The notes under the pieces: model-generated
Database searches by the model: none
The model's input: only the letters and a program-made list of their open reading frames with translations
Told to the model about the DNA's origin: nothing
Made by a program: the position numbers and the translations under genes
Part shown: positions 22,848-32,400 of the stretch, piece by piece
How positions within the stretch are numbered: position 1 is the first letter of the stretch
Layout: each line of letters begins with the position of its first letter
Assembly (NCBI GenBank): GCA_965267575.1
Contig: OZ254086.1
Location: 2,912,001-2,976,000 of the forward strand
Length of the DNA stretch: 64,000 nt
Direction of reading: 5' to 3'
Source: Calditrichales bacterium
GTDB lineage: Bacteria > Calditrichota > Calditrichia > Calditrichales > J004

Positions 22848-22896
22848 TTAACCCGGGTTAAGAAGTAGAAAAACCCTATTGCTTAATCCGGGTTAA
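22848..22896. other. Long hairpin built from two near-identical 14-bp palindromes
   Basis: TTAACCCGGGTTAA-gaagtagaaaaaccctattgc-TTAATCCGGGTTAA. Confidence 0.6.
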
Positions 22897-22900
22897 AACA

Positions 22901-22935
22901 AAAAAAGCCGTCCTTGTGACGGCTTTTTGTTTTTT
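22901..22935. terminator. Bidirectional Rho-independent terminator
   Basis: AAAAAAGCCGTC-cttgt-GACGGCTTTTT between convergent typA and the secreted-protein gene. Confidence 0.85.
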
Positions 22936-22944
22936 GGGCTGTGG

Positions 22945-24816
22945 CTATTTGACTAACAACATTTTCTTCGTCTGCATAAATTGGCCGGCCTTAAGGCGGT
23001 AGTAATACACGCCACTGGCCAGGTGCGTTGCGTTAAAGTTGAGCTCATGCCTGCCCGGATTTTGCGGGGCATCGAACAGGGTCGCCACTCTGCGTCCGGA
23101 GCTGTCAAAGATCTCAATTTTCACCTGCGCACGGCGGGGCAGCTCATACACAATCGTAGTGGATGGGTTGAAGGGGTTGGGGTAGTTTTGGTGCAGGGTG
23201 ATTGTATTGGGTTGTGTTTGCTCTGCTTCATCGATGCCGACAAGCAGGGTATCGCCATAGACCACACCGTCAATAACCGCACCCTGTAGGTGCATTTCAG
23301 CGTTTCCAAAATCAAACTCGTGCCACCTGTAAATCAGTCCAAAACCTTTCGCGAAGCGATAATACGGTATGCCCAGGTTATATTGTTCAAACTCCATCGT
23401 AGCGACCCATTTTGAAAACACCGTATCGCGATCCTGTTGTGTTAATGTTAACGATTGATACTCCGGATAGCCGTCGCGGAACGTCAATGAGTCGTTAACC
23501 GTCATGGCAAAATCCCACTTCAGTATTTCGCTTCCTTCATTCGTATAGGCGTATACTCTGGCCGTACTGCTATCAATACGCAGATATTCTGTTTCAATAA
23601 GAACGTTATCTTTGGCACGGAAATGTTCGACGACACGATAACGACGATTGTTTGGCTTTGTGATTTCCCCTGAAACCTTCACTTTAATAAGTCGGGTATA
23701 GGAATCACAGCCGTCGTAGCCACAGCTAATCCCCAATTCTTTATAAAACCACCTATTGCCTACGTTGAGCGGATAATAGTTAACGTTTTTTTCCGGAAGG
23801 AGTGATTGGATGATTTTTACCGTGTCTGATAGTGTATATACAAAATGCGGTGTAGCTACAAACAGAGAATCGGACATTGACGGCTTGGCAATGCCGGTGA
23901 TCTTATGTGGAGCCTGAAAGATCAAATCCCAGCTTTGCCCAAAATCTTCTGTCCGGTAAAGATTGCGTCCAATGCTATGGTACCACTTGCCGGAGACCGA
24001 ATCATCCAGAGCAATCCGAATAGGATTGTAGCGATAAAATTCGACGAATTGTTCGTACCTGTCTGTACCGTATCCTAAATCGACGCTTTTGATTATACTC
24101 CTGCTAAAAGGCTTACCCGCTTCGTTTGACATAAGCAGATAGCCTTTATCCCGATACGTCGTCCAGGCCAGGATGTACTGGGGATTCTTATCAAATAAAA
24201 ATTGAAAATAGTAGGGATTCCATATCTCTTTGTCATCGGCGGTCAGGTAGGTTTTTCCACTATCGGATGAGTAAAGAAGTTTCTCTTCTTCACCAACTGC
24301 ATACATAATCGCATTGTTTTGCGGGTGAACGCCCAAGAGATCTTCATAAGCCAAAAAAACGAAATTATTTGCAGAATCCTCTGATACAAGGGTTCCTCCG
24401 CCGGTGGAAACATATACAATGGCTGGATCTTGTTTTGAAATAATAAGATTCGATCCGCCTCCCACAACAAAAAACGAACTCCCTGTGTAAGAATGTACCC
24501 AAATTTCGCAGTCTACATTGCAGCTTGACCTGAGAAAAATATATTTTTCTGGATCGTTGTCCCAAAAGGCGACCCTGTCGCCACTAAAAACATAATCTGT
24601 TTCCCGGCTGCCTCCTGCAAGTAATCTTATTTCAGAATTGAAATGTTCATCGAAGAGAAATTTATCGGGGATGTCCTCATCAATCCAGTCTTTATAGGTG
24701 ATGAGGTAAAAGGAGTCCTGCTTTGTTTCCAGAATATCAAGATGTTTAAAAAACGGCTGACTAAAAGAGGATGAAAGCGGAACAAGCATCAGCAAAATAA
24801 AAAGAAAACTTCGCAT
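22945..24816 (-). CDS. Secreted protein with BNR/Asp-box repeats and C-terminal sorting (T9SS type A-like) domain
   Basis: Signal peptide MRSFLFILLMLVPLSSSFS; SSDSGKTY and TEDFGQSW Asp-boxes; LHQNYPNPFNPSTTI...SGVYYYRL..KKMLLVK. Confidence 0.8.
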   Translation of the reverse strand: MRSFLFILLMLVPLSSSFSQPFFKHLDILETKQDSFYLITYKDWIDEDIPDKFLFDEHFNSEIRLLAGGSRETDYVFSGDRVAFWDNDPEKYIFLRSSCNVDCEIWVHSYTGSSFFVVGGGSNLIISKQDPAIVYVSTGGGTLVSEDSANNFVFLAYEDLLGVHPQNNAIMYAVGEEEKLLYSSDSGKTYLTADDKEIWNPYYFQFLFDKNPQYILAWTTYRDKGYLLMSNEAGKPFSRSIIKSVDLGYGTDRYEQFVEFYRYNPIRIALDDSVSGKWYHSIGRNLYRTEDFGQSWDLIFQAPHKITGIAKPSMSDSLFVATPHFVYTLSDTVKIIQSLLPEKNVNYYPLNVGNRWFYKELGISCGYDGCDSYTRLIKVKVSGEITKPNNRRYRVVEHFRAKDNVLIETEYLRIDSSTARVYAYTNEGSEILKWDFAMTVNDSLTFRDGYPEYQSLTLTQQDRDTVFSKWVATMEFEQYNLGIPYYRFAKGFGLIYRWHEFDFGNAEMHLQGAVIDGVVYGDTLLVGIDEAEQTQPNTITLHQNYPNPFNPSTTIVYELPRRAQVKIEIFDSSGRRVATLFDAPQNPGRHELNFNATHLASGVYYYRLKAGQFMQTKKMLLVK

Positions 24817-24924
24817 TTTTCTTCTCCCGGGCATGGTAAGACAATATTAAATTTAAACAGTTAAAGATAGATTGCAATAACTTTTTTACGAAAGGTAGTT
24901 TTGGGGTGTGGATTGCAGGGCAAG

Positions 24925-25147
24925 GCCATGTGGTCTTGAGGTCGGGAAGTCCTGGAGTTTCGGGGTATTGAAGTCTTCTTGATTATGATCGTCGGCTACC
25001 CCGTCAAATAGATTCCGGTGTGGCTATGCGCCACCCCGATAAAAAATACCGGGACGACACCAATAACAAAACCACCGAACTCGCAAAAGGCCCCAGACCT
25101 CATGACTCCAAGACTCCGAGACCTCAAGACTTCAAGACCCCCAAACC
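24925..25147. repeat. ~220-bp structured repeat, copy A (octamer arms + REP-like core)
   Basis: Left arm gtcttgag gtcgggaa gtcctgga...; core agattccggtgtggctatgcgcca...accgggacgac; right arm gacctcat gactccaa gactccga gacctcaa gacttcaa. Confidence 0.8.
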
Positions 25148-25152
25148 ATCAT

Positions 25153-26601
25153 TCACTTCTTCCAAAAGAAAGGGGTAAAAATAATAAGCACGGTAAAAAT
25201 TTCCAGGCGGCCGACCAGCATCAGGATGCTGAGAACCCACTTCCCCACATCGGGGATAAAGCTGTAATTATCGGTGGGGCCAAGGTCGCCCAGCGCCGGA
25301 CCAATATTGCCGATGGTGGCCGCCACGCCACCCAGGGCGGTTTCAAAATTCAGTCCCAGCATGCTCATAAACAACACGCCGGCGATGAACAATCCGATGT
25401 AAAACAGAAAAAAACCGGCGATGTTTGTGATGATCTCACGGGGGATAACGTTGTTGCCGATGCGCACCGGCAAAACCGCCTGCGGGTGTATCAGCCGCTT
25501 AACCTCGTTAAAGGCGAATTTGAGCAGAATCAGCAGACGGATGATCTTGGGCCCGCCGCCCGTAGACCCGGCGCAGCCTCCAAAAAACATCAGGATAAAC
25601 AGGATGGCACGCGCCGTGGGGCTCCACGTTTCATAATCGGCCGTCCCGTAACCGGTGGTGGTAATGATGGAGACGGTCTGAAAAATAGCCTGGCGGAAGC
25701 TCAGCTCGATGCCGGCGTTGCCCTGTTTCCAGACGCTGAACCAGACCAGCAGCGTTGCCACCCCGATGGCGCCCAGGAAAAAGCGCGCTTCATGGTCCAG
25801 GATGTAGATATTCCATTTGCCGCGAAGCGCACGGTAATGCAGCGAAAAATTCATCCCGGCAAAGAGCATGAACAGCGTAACAACGTAATCCACGTAGGCG
25901 CTGTTGTAGTGCCCGATACTGGCATTCTTGGTGGCAAAGCCTCCCGTGGCCAGCGTGCCGAACGCATGGCAGGTGGCGTCGAACCAGTTCATGCCGCCCA
26001 GCATAAGCAGGGCCACTTCAACGCCTGTAAGCAGAACGTAAACGCCCCACAGCAACTCGGCAGTGTGCTTGATGCGCGGTGTCAGTTTGTCCGGCGTAGG
26101 GCCGGGTACTTCAGCTTTAAACAGCTGCATGCCTCCCACACCCAGCAGCGGCAAAATGGCCAGCGACAGCAGGATGATGCCCATGCCGCCCATCCAGTGG
26201 GTCTGCGAACGCCAGAAAAGCAGGCCGTGTGGCAGTGCTTCAATGTTTGTAAGGATTGTCGCTCCGGTGGTGGAAAAACCCGACATGGTTTCAAAAAAAG
26301 CATCGGTGTAGGAGGGAATGCCGCCGGAGATGTAAAAGGGCAGCGCGCCAAATGCGGCAAAAAGCAGCCAGCTGATGGTAACGATCATAAAACCGTCTTT
26401 AACCCGCAGTTCCTCACCATGCTTGCGCGTTGCCAGGAAAACCAGCGAACCTGTCACTCCGCATAAGACAATCGTAACAAGAAAGCCTTTGAGGTCACTG
26501 CCGCCGTAATACCAGGAGATTAGCGCCGGCGGGATAAGGGAAATCGTTAAAAAGAGCAGCAAGGCCCCGACTATATTATTGATCGCGCGCAGATTTAGCA
26601 T
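25153..26601 (-). CDS. trkH: Trk potassium uptake membrane subunit
   Basis: AFFETMSGFSTTGAT, TLATGGF, SIITTTGY, GGCAGSTGGG, GNIGP, MLVGRLEIF. Confidence 0.96.
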   Translation of the reverse strand: MLNLRAINNIVGALLLFLTISLIPPALISWYYGGSDLKGFLVTIVLCGVTGSLVFLATRKHGEELRVKDGFMIVTISWLLFAAFGALPFYISGGIPSYTDAFFETMSGFSTTGATILTNIEALPHGLLFWRSQTHWMGGMGIILLSLAILPLLGVGGMQLFKAEVPGPTPDKLTPRIKHTAELLWGVYVLLTGVEVALLMLGGMNWFDATCHAFGTLATGGFATKNASIGHYNSAYVDYVVTLFMLFAGMNFSLHYRALRGKWNIYILDHEARFFLGAIGVATLLVWFSVWKQGNAGIELSFRQAIFQTVSIITTTGYGTADYETWSPTARAILFILMFFGGCAGSTGGGPKIIRLLILLKFAFNEVKRLIHPQAVLPVRIGNNVIPREIITNIAGFFLFYIGLFIAGVLFMSMLGLNFETALGGVAATIGNIGPALGDLGPTDNYSFIPDVGKWVLSILMLVGRLEIFTVLIIFTPFFWKK

Positions 26602-26602
26602 A

Positions 26603-27943
26603 TCAGCTGAACATCTTTTCTACATCGTGAATGGCCGAGGGGAAGGCGAACAGCACCACTTTGTCATCCGCTTCGATCTGCGTCTCACCGACGGGAATAA
26701 AGACCTCTTTGCTGCGGCGCACCGCGCCGAGGATGGCGTTCTTTGGAAACTTCAAATCCATAAGCGGCTTCTTCGTGATCTTTGAGCCTTTGGAGGGCAC
26801 CATTTCGATCGCTTCAACGGGTGTACCCGGCACGGATGCCACACTCACAATCTGCCCGCGGCGGATAAATTTAAGGATGCTGTTAACGGTGAGCATCTGC
26901 TTGGAAATATAAGCGTCTATCCCGATGGTGGGGATAATGGGTGAATAGTCCGTTTTATTGATCAGCGAAATGATCTTTGGTACACGCAGGTGTTTGGCCA
27001 TCAGGCAGGAAACAATGTTAGTTTCGTCGTCACCGGTAACGGCAATAAAGGCGTCCATATCGATGATGCCCTCCAGCGCCAGCAGGTTCAGGTCCAGGCC
27101 GTCGCCGCGAATAACCAGCGCGCGCTGTAGCTTTTCGGCCAGTTCCCCGGATGTGTCCACGTTGGATTCGATGATTTTCACGTTGTAGTCTTTTTCCAGC
27201 GCCCGCGCGATCAGGTAGCCGGTCTGTCCGCCGCCAAGGATCATCACGTTTTCAATAGACTGATTTTCTTTTCCAAATACACGAATCACGTCGTTGATCT
27301 GGCTTTTTTCCACCACCATGTAAATACGGTCGTTGGGCATGAACATATCATCGCCGCCCGGTATCTTTGTCGATTCTCCGCGCTGGATGGCCACAATGCG
27401 AGTCTTGACGTCCTTGTACAGCTCGTTGAGATCTTTGAGTGGTTTGCGCAGAATCTCAAGCCCGCGCTCCAGATGCATGCCCAAAAGCACAATGTTGCCG
27501 TCGGCAAATTCGGTAACATGGCTGCAGGCCGATTGCTCCAGCAAGCGCACTGCGCCGTCCGCCGCCTCCGATTCCGGGTGGATGATCAGGTCAATCGGCG
27601 TATGCAAATCGTGCAGGGGCGAAGATTCCAGTTTAAATTCGGGATTTTTTACGCGGGCAATGGTCTTTTTGACGCCATAGCTTTTGGCCATCAATGCGCT
27701 TAAAAGATTCACCTCGTCGTTGTCTGTCACGGCAACCAGCATATCGGCCTTTTTGATGCCGGCTTTTTCCAGCATGGCCGCGCTTGTGCCGCTGCCGGCA
27801 AAGGCGTGCGCGTCCAGCGCCTCCGATGCCCGGCTAAAACGTTCGTAATCTTCTTCAATTATAATGACATCATGCTTTTCATAAGAGAGGATTTTTGCCA
27901 GGTTGTAACCAACGTGTCCGGCACCCAGAATAATAATGTACAC
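26603..27943 (-). CDS. trkA: Trk potassium uptake NAD-binding subunit
   Basis: IIILGAGHVG and VMILGGGQTG RCK domains. GTG start at 27943 with AAGGA RBS. Confidence 0.95.
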   Translation of the reverse strand: MYIIILGAGHVGYNLAKILSYEKHDVIIIEEDYERFSRASEALDAHAFAGSGTSAAMLEKAGIKKADMLVAVTDNDEVNLLSALMAKSYGVKKTIARVKNPEFKLESSPLHDLHTPIDLIIHPESEAADGAVRLLEQSACSHVTEFADGNIVLLGMHLERGLEILRKPLKDLNELYKDVKTRIVAIQRGESTKIPGGDDMFMPNDRIYMVVEKSQINDVIRVFGKENQSIENVMILGGGQTGYLIARALEKDYNVKIIESNVDTSGELAEKLQRALVIRGDGLDLNLLALEGIIDMDAFIAVTGDDETNIVSCLMAKHLRVPKIISLINKTDYSPIIPTIGIDAYISKQMLTVNSILKFIRRGQIVSVASVPGTPVEAIEMVPSKGSKITKKPLMDLKFPKNAILGAVRRSKEVFIPVGETQIEADDKVVLFAFPSAIHDVEKMFS

Positions 27944-28020
27944 TACCGTATCCTTGTTTTTGCGAACCCCGAAGTTAAATAAATTGCCCAAATGGTGCAA
28001 CGAGCCGCAAGGCGCTGATG

Positions 28021-28250
28021 TGTAGTATTATAATGGTGTTAGAGTAGTCTCGGAGTCGTGAAGTCGCGAAGTCTTGAGGTCCTGAAGTCTTTTGGTCATG
28101 ATCCCTGGCTGCCCGTCAGCAGATCCCGGCGTGGCTATACGCCAACTCCGGCAACAAACATCGGAAAAGGCCGGGATGACATCAAAAGCATATCCACCGA
28201 ACTTCCCAAGATCCCCCGACCTCCAGACCCCAAGACCTCCAGACCTTCTC
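28021..28250. repeat. ~220-bp structured repeat, copy B (octamer arms + REP-like core)
   Basis: gtctcgga gtcgtgaa gtcgcgaa gtcttgag gtcctgaa; core agatcccggcgtggctatacgcca...gccgggatgac; right arm gacctcca gaccccaa gacctcca. Confidence 0.8.
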
Positions 28251-28305
28251 ATCCCACAATTACTTCTGGCGTTAAGAAGCGGGAATCGCTAACTTTATCA
28301 TTTGT

Positions 28306-28331
28306 CGAAACTTAGCGTTATTAAAGGTGTT
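28306..28331 (+). promoter_or_regulatory. Candidate ECF-sigma promoter for the M48-tamB-tamA operon
   Basis: CGAAAC-N16-TGTT, a near match to the TGAAAC-N16-CGT ECF consensus. Confidence 0.3.
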
Positions 28332-28355
28332 GAACGAGCAAAAACGGGGTGAATT

Positions 28356-29483
28356 TTGAGCGAAAATCAAAAAACCGAAGATCTTCGAAAAGCCAAATCC
28401 TACAGCCGCACCCAAAATATTCTTTCCATTTCCGGGACGCTGCTTTCCATTTTGCTGCTTGTCATCTTTATTTTTGGCGGCTATTCGAGCATGCTGCGCA
28501 ACTGGACCGCGGCCCAGGTCGGTCAACCGTATCTGCAGCTACTGCTTTTTGTGGGTGTTTTAAGCCTGCTTTTTTCGATTGTCTCATTTCCGCTAAGCTT
28601 CATCAGCGGCTTCTGGCTGGAGCATCGCTACGGGCTCAGCAACCAGAGTTTTGGCGCCTGGCTCTGGGAAAAATCCAAAGGTATGCTGGTGGGGGTGTTT
28701 TTAACGCTGCCTCTGCTGCTGGCGCTGTTCTTCTTTTTGCGCAATTACCCGCAAACCTGGTGGCTGTGGACGGCGACAATTCTGTTTATCTTCTCCGTTG
28801 TCATTGGCAAAATAGCACCGCAAGTGATTTTCCCGTTGTTTTATAAGTTTGAAAAACTGGATGATGAAAACCTGCTGCAGCGTATGCAGAAACTGGCGCG
28901 CAAAGGCAGTTTCAACCTGGAAGGCGTCTACCGCTTTGATATGAGCAAAACCACCAAAAAGGCCAACGCCGCCTTTACAGGAATCGGCAAAAGCAAGCGC
29001 ATTATCATCGGTGACACGCTGCTGGACAACTTTAGCGAAGAGGAAATCGAAACCGTTTTTGCGCACGAAGTAGGGCACTATGTACACAAGCACATCCTGC
29101 AGGGCATCGTGATCAGCACGATCAGCAGCTATGCCCTTTTTGGTTTGAGCCACCTGCTTTATGTGCAAATGATCCCGGCGCTCAATTACAATGGAGTGGC
29201 GGATCTGGCTGCCCTGCCGTTACTTTCATTAATCATATCGCTTTTGTCGCTGCTGTTAAGCCCGCTCTCCAATGCCCTTAGCCGCCGCAACGAACGCCAG
29301 GCTGACCGCTACGCCCTGGAAAACAGCGAGCAGCCATCCGCCTTCATCGAGGCGCTGCAAAAACTGTCCAAATCCAATCTCAGCGACCCCGACCCTCACC
29401 CCGTGATTGAGTTTCTGTTTCACAGCCATCCGGCCATTAACAAGCGCGTCGCTTTTGCCCGCGATTATCTGCAAGCGCGATAA
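28356..29483 (+). CDS. M48 family zinc metallopeptidase (Ste24/HtpX-like)
   Basis: KKANAAFTG, FAHEVGHY, SRRNERQAD, SHP; multi-TM; TTG start. Confidence 0.93.
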   Translation: MSENQKTEDLRKAKSYSRTQNILSISGTLLSILLLVIFIFGGYSSMLRNWTAAQVGQPYLQLLLFVGVLSLLFSIVSFPLSFISGFWLEHRYGLSNQSFGAWLWEKSKGMLVGVFLTLPLLLALFFFLRNYPQTWWLWTATILFIFSVVIGKIAPQVIFPLFYKFEKLDDENLLQRMQKLARKGSFNLEGVYRFDMSKTTKKANAAFTGIGKSKRIIIGDTLLDNFSEEEIETVFAHEVGHYVHKHILQGIVISTISSYALFGLSHLLYVQMIPALNYNGVADLAALPLLSLIISLLSLLLSPLSNALSRRNERQADRYALENSEQPSAFIEALQKLSKSNLSDPDPHPVIEFLFHSHPAINKRVAFARDYLQAR

Positions 29484-29488
29484 GGTAT

Positions 29489-32400
29489 ATGAGTAAGCCA
29501 GACAAACAATCCAAAAACACCTGGAAGTGGGTGCTGTTTCTGTTCCTGGGGCTGCTGTTTGCCGCCAGCCTCATTGTCTTCAGTGGCTACAACATGCTAA
29601 AAAACAGTCGCTGGGTGGAAGAGCGCGTCCAGGACTGGCTGCGTGACAATCTGCACCCGCAGGCCGAACTTCGCTACACACCGATCCGCGGCACATTGTT
29701 TGGTGATATCATCTTCGACCGGCTCCATTTTGATTATCCCGGTGTACTGAAAGTGAATGCCCGCAACCTGGAGTTGAATTTTTCTTTGCGCAGTGTGTGG
29801 CGCGGCGAGCCCCATATCAAAAAGGTGTCTGCCGATAGTTTGGGTCTATTTTTCTATGCAGCAAAAGACAGTGCGCCGCCAGGCAAAGAACAGCCCTTTG
29901 ATCTGCATGAGTTTTTGGGTGAAATGGACAATCCGCTGCATTTGGATTCCGCGCTTGCCGGTCTGCCCGTTATTACGCTGGATGAGCTGGAAATAGAAGC
30001 GGCCGCGCTAAGCGTGGAGCAATCGGAATTGCAGCTTGAAAACGTTGTGCTGCGTGCAAGCGGATGGACGCGCCCCGGGGCAGCATCTTTTGATCTGAAA
30101 AAGGGCGCGCTGAACTGGCCGCAAAGGGGCTTGCAGGTCGCCGGCCTGAGTTTTAAGGCCAAAGCCGACAGCAACGGGGCGCTGCTTCAGGATTTGCTGC
30201 TGGAGAGCAATGTGGCCTCCCTTGCGGGCAGCGTTGAACTGGTTGACGGAGCGGGGCCGCGCTTTAAGCTGGATTTTGGAAATATCCGTGTTTCCGGGAA
30301 AGAGTTAGGCCGCTTAACGCAAAGCAAAACCAGGGCCAGGGGCGGGGTGCAAGGTGCGCTCAAAGCTTCGGGCCGCTTTACCGATTTTGAGCTGGCGTTG
30401 CGCGCCGATGGCTCCTGGGCCGGCTATAACTGGGGCCGGGCCGCGGTAGAGGGTGCTTACCGTAACGGACGCATTCAGCTAAAAAAACTGGATGTAAACG
30501 GACCTTTGGGCAAGGTGCGCGGGAACGGTTTGTTCACCTCATCCCGGCAGGCCAAAGGCGAGCTCTATTTTGACAATATCAATCTGAATAACATCGACAC
30601 GGCGCTGGCGGTATCGCATTTTAACGGTAATGTTAATTTTGACCTGTCGCTCTTGGAGCTGTCGCGTCCAGCCGGCACAGCAGGCATAGTGCTGTTAAAC
30701 AGCCATTACGATCAGTACCGGGTGGATTCGCTGCGTTTTGCCCTCAACGGCGATCGTGACAATCTGAAAATCGTAGCGCCTTCTTTTGTCAAGTTCGACC
30801 GGCAGGCGCGGTTTGATCTACGCGGTGACTTGAGCGGAGGCAAAAGGCTAAATGTCCAGGTAATTACCGAACGGGGCGATCTGAACAGCCTGCTGACCGC
30901 GGTGGGCGTCGATTCGATCTATGGCAGGTACCACGCGGATGTGCGGCTGTTTGGCAATCTTAAAAACCCCAACCTGAACGGACGCCTGTGGATTTCCGAT
31001 TTCAGCTATGATGAGGTACAGCTGGACAGCATGGCGCTGGATGTTCTCGTAACCCGTTTACTGGAAGGACGCAAGGGGAGTGCCAATTTTATCATAAACG
31101 AGGGCATGGCTTATGGTATCCCCGTGCGCGACAGCCGCATCCAGGCGGCCATCGAAAAGGATACAATCCGCGTAAGCAAAGCAGCCATTTACAGCAACGA
31201 GAATTTTATAGAGACAGCGCTTACCGTAAAACTGCTTTCCGATGAAATTGAGATAAGCCTGCAGAAACTGCGGCTGGAATACGAACAATATTGGCTGAAA
31301 AGCGACAGCACCTTTTATGTGCACATCACCGATAGTGCGGTGGATGTGCCGGCCTTTGATCTGCACGGTCCGCAAAACGCATTGCTGCGAGCCTCCGGAC
31401 GTTATGATAAAATCCGCGGGGACGCCCGTGCTGAAGCCGGTATGCGCAATGTCCGCTTGGAGCCGTTTAAACAATTTATGGGCGAAAGGCACATAGCCTC
31501 CGGCGAGTTATCCGGCTACGCCTTTGTGGATTCTATCCTGACCGAACCGGTGGGGCAGTTTAACCTGGATGGCAAAGAGCTTGTTTACAATGGCGTGGAG
31601 TTGGGGCAGTTCCGCGCGGATGTGGACTATGCGAGGCGCAAAATATTTATTCGCGATTTGTTTATTAAGCACGATTCCTCGCTGGTGGAAGTGACCGGTG
31701 ATCTCAACCTGAACCTCGAGAAAAAACGAGGCGCACAACTACTTGATATCATCAGTGACACGCGCACCGATCTGCAAATCCGCTGGGACAATGTTAAACT
31801 CGGGCATTACGCGTCGTTGCTGCCGCTGCGCTATGCTATGAAGGGCGAGGTGAGCGGTTATATCGAGGTGGAAGGTACGGTCAACGATCCCTTTATGCGC
31901 CAGTCTCTGCGCGCCAGCCGTTTTTCGTATGACAAGTTTAATGTCGATTCGCTGGTGATGTTTGGCCAGTACAGCGGCGGCTACCTCATTCTGGACAGCC
32001 TCAGCGCGGTGTTCAACAAAACGTCTTTTTCGGCCAAGGGCTGGCAGCAGCTCAATCTTACGCTCAGCGAGCCGGATACCGTTTTGCTGGATAACCCCTT
32101 TGAACTGGCCTTGCACAGCAAAGACAATCAAATAAGCTTTATCGGATTGTTTAACGAGCAGGTCGAATACATTCGCGGCGATCATGAAATGGACCTGCAA
32201 CTGGGAGGCACGCTTGAAAAACCCTCCATCAGCCGCGGCCAGATTAAGATGAACAACGGAAGCATTTTGCTTTCCCGCGTCCGTGATCCGATCAAAAGGG
32301 TAACGATTGATGCGACGATAGAAGACAACCTGCTTACCTTTAACAATGTGCGCGGCCGCTCCGAGCGCAAGAAGGACTGGCTGGAAAAAGGATTTGATTT

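Noticed and set aside
24925..25147. CRISPR array interpretation of the repeats
   Set aside because: Units are contiguous 8-mers without unique spacers; no cas genes.
28028..28315. Small ORFs with LQDLKTSR / PDPKTSRP repeats
   Set aside because: Translation artefacts of the 8-bp repeat arms.
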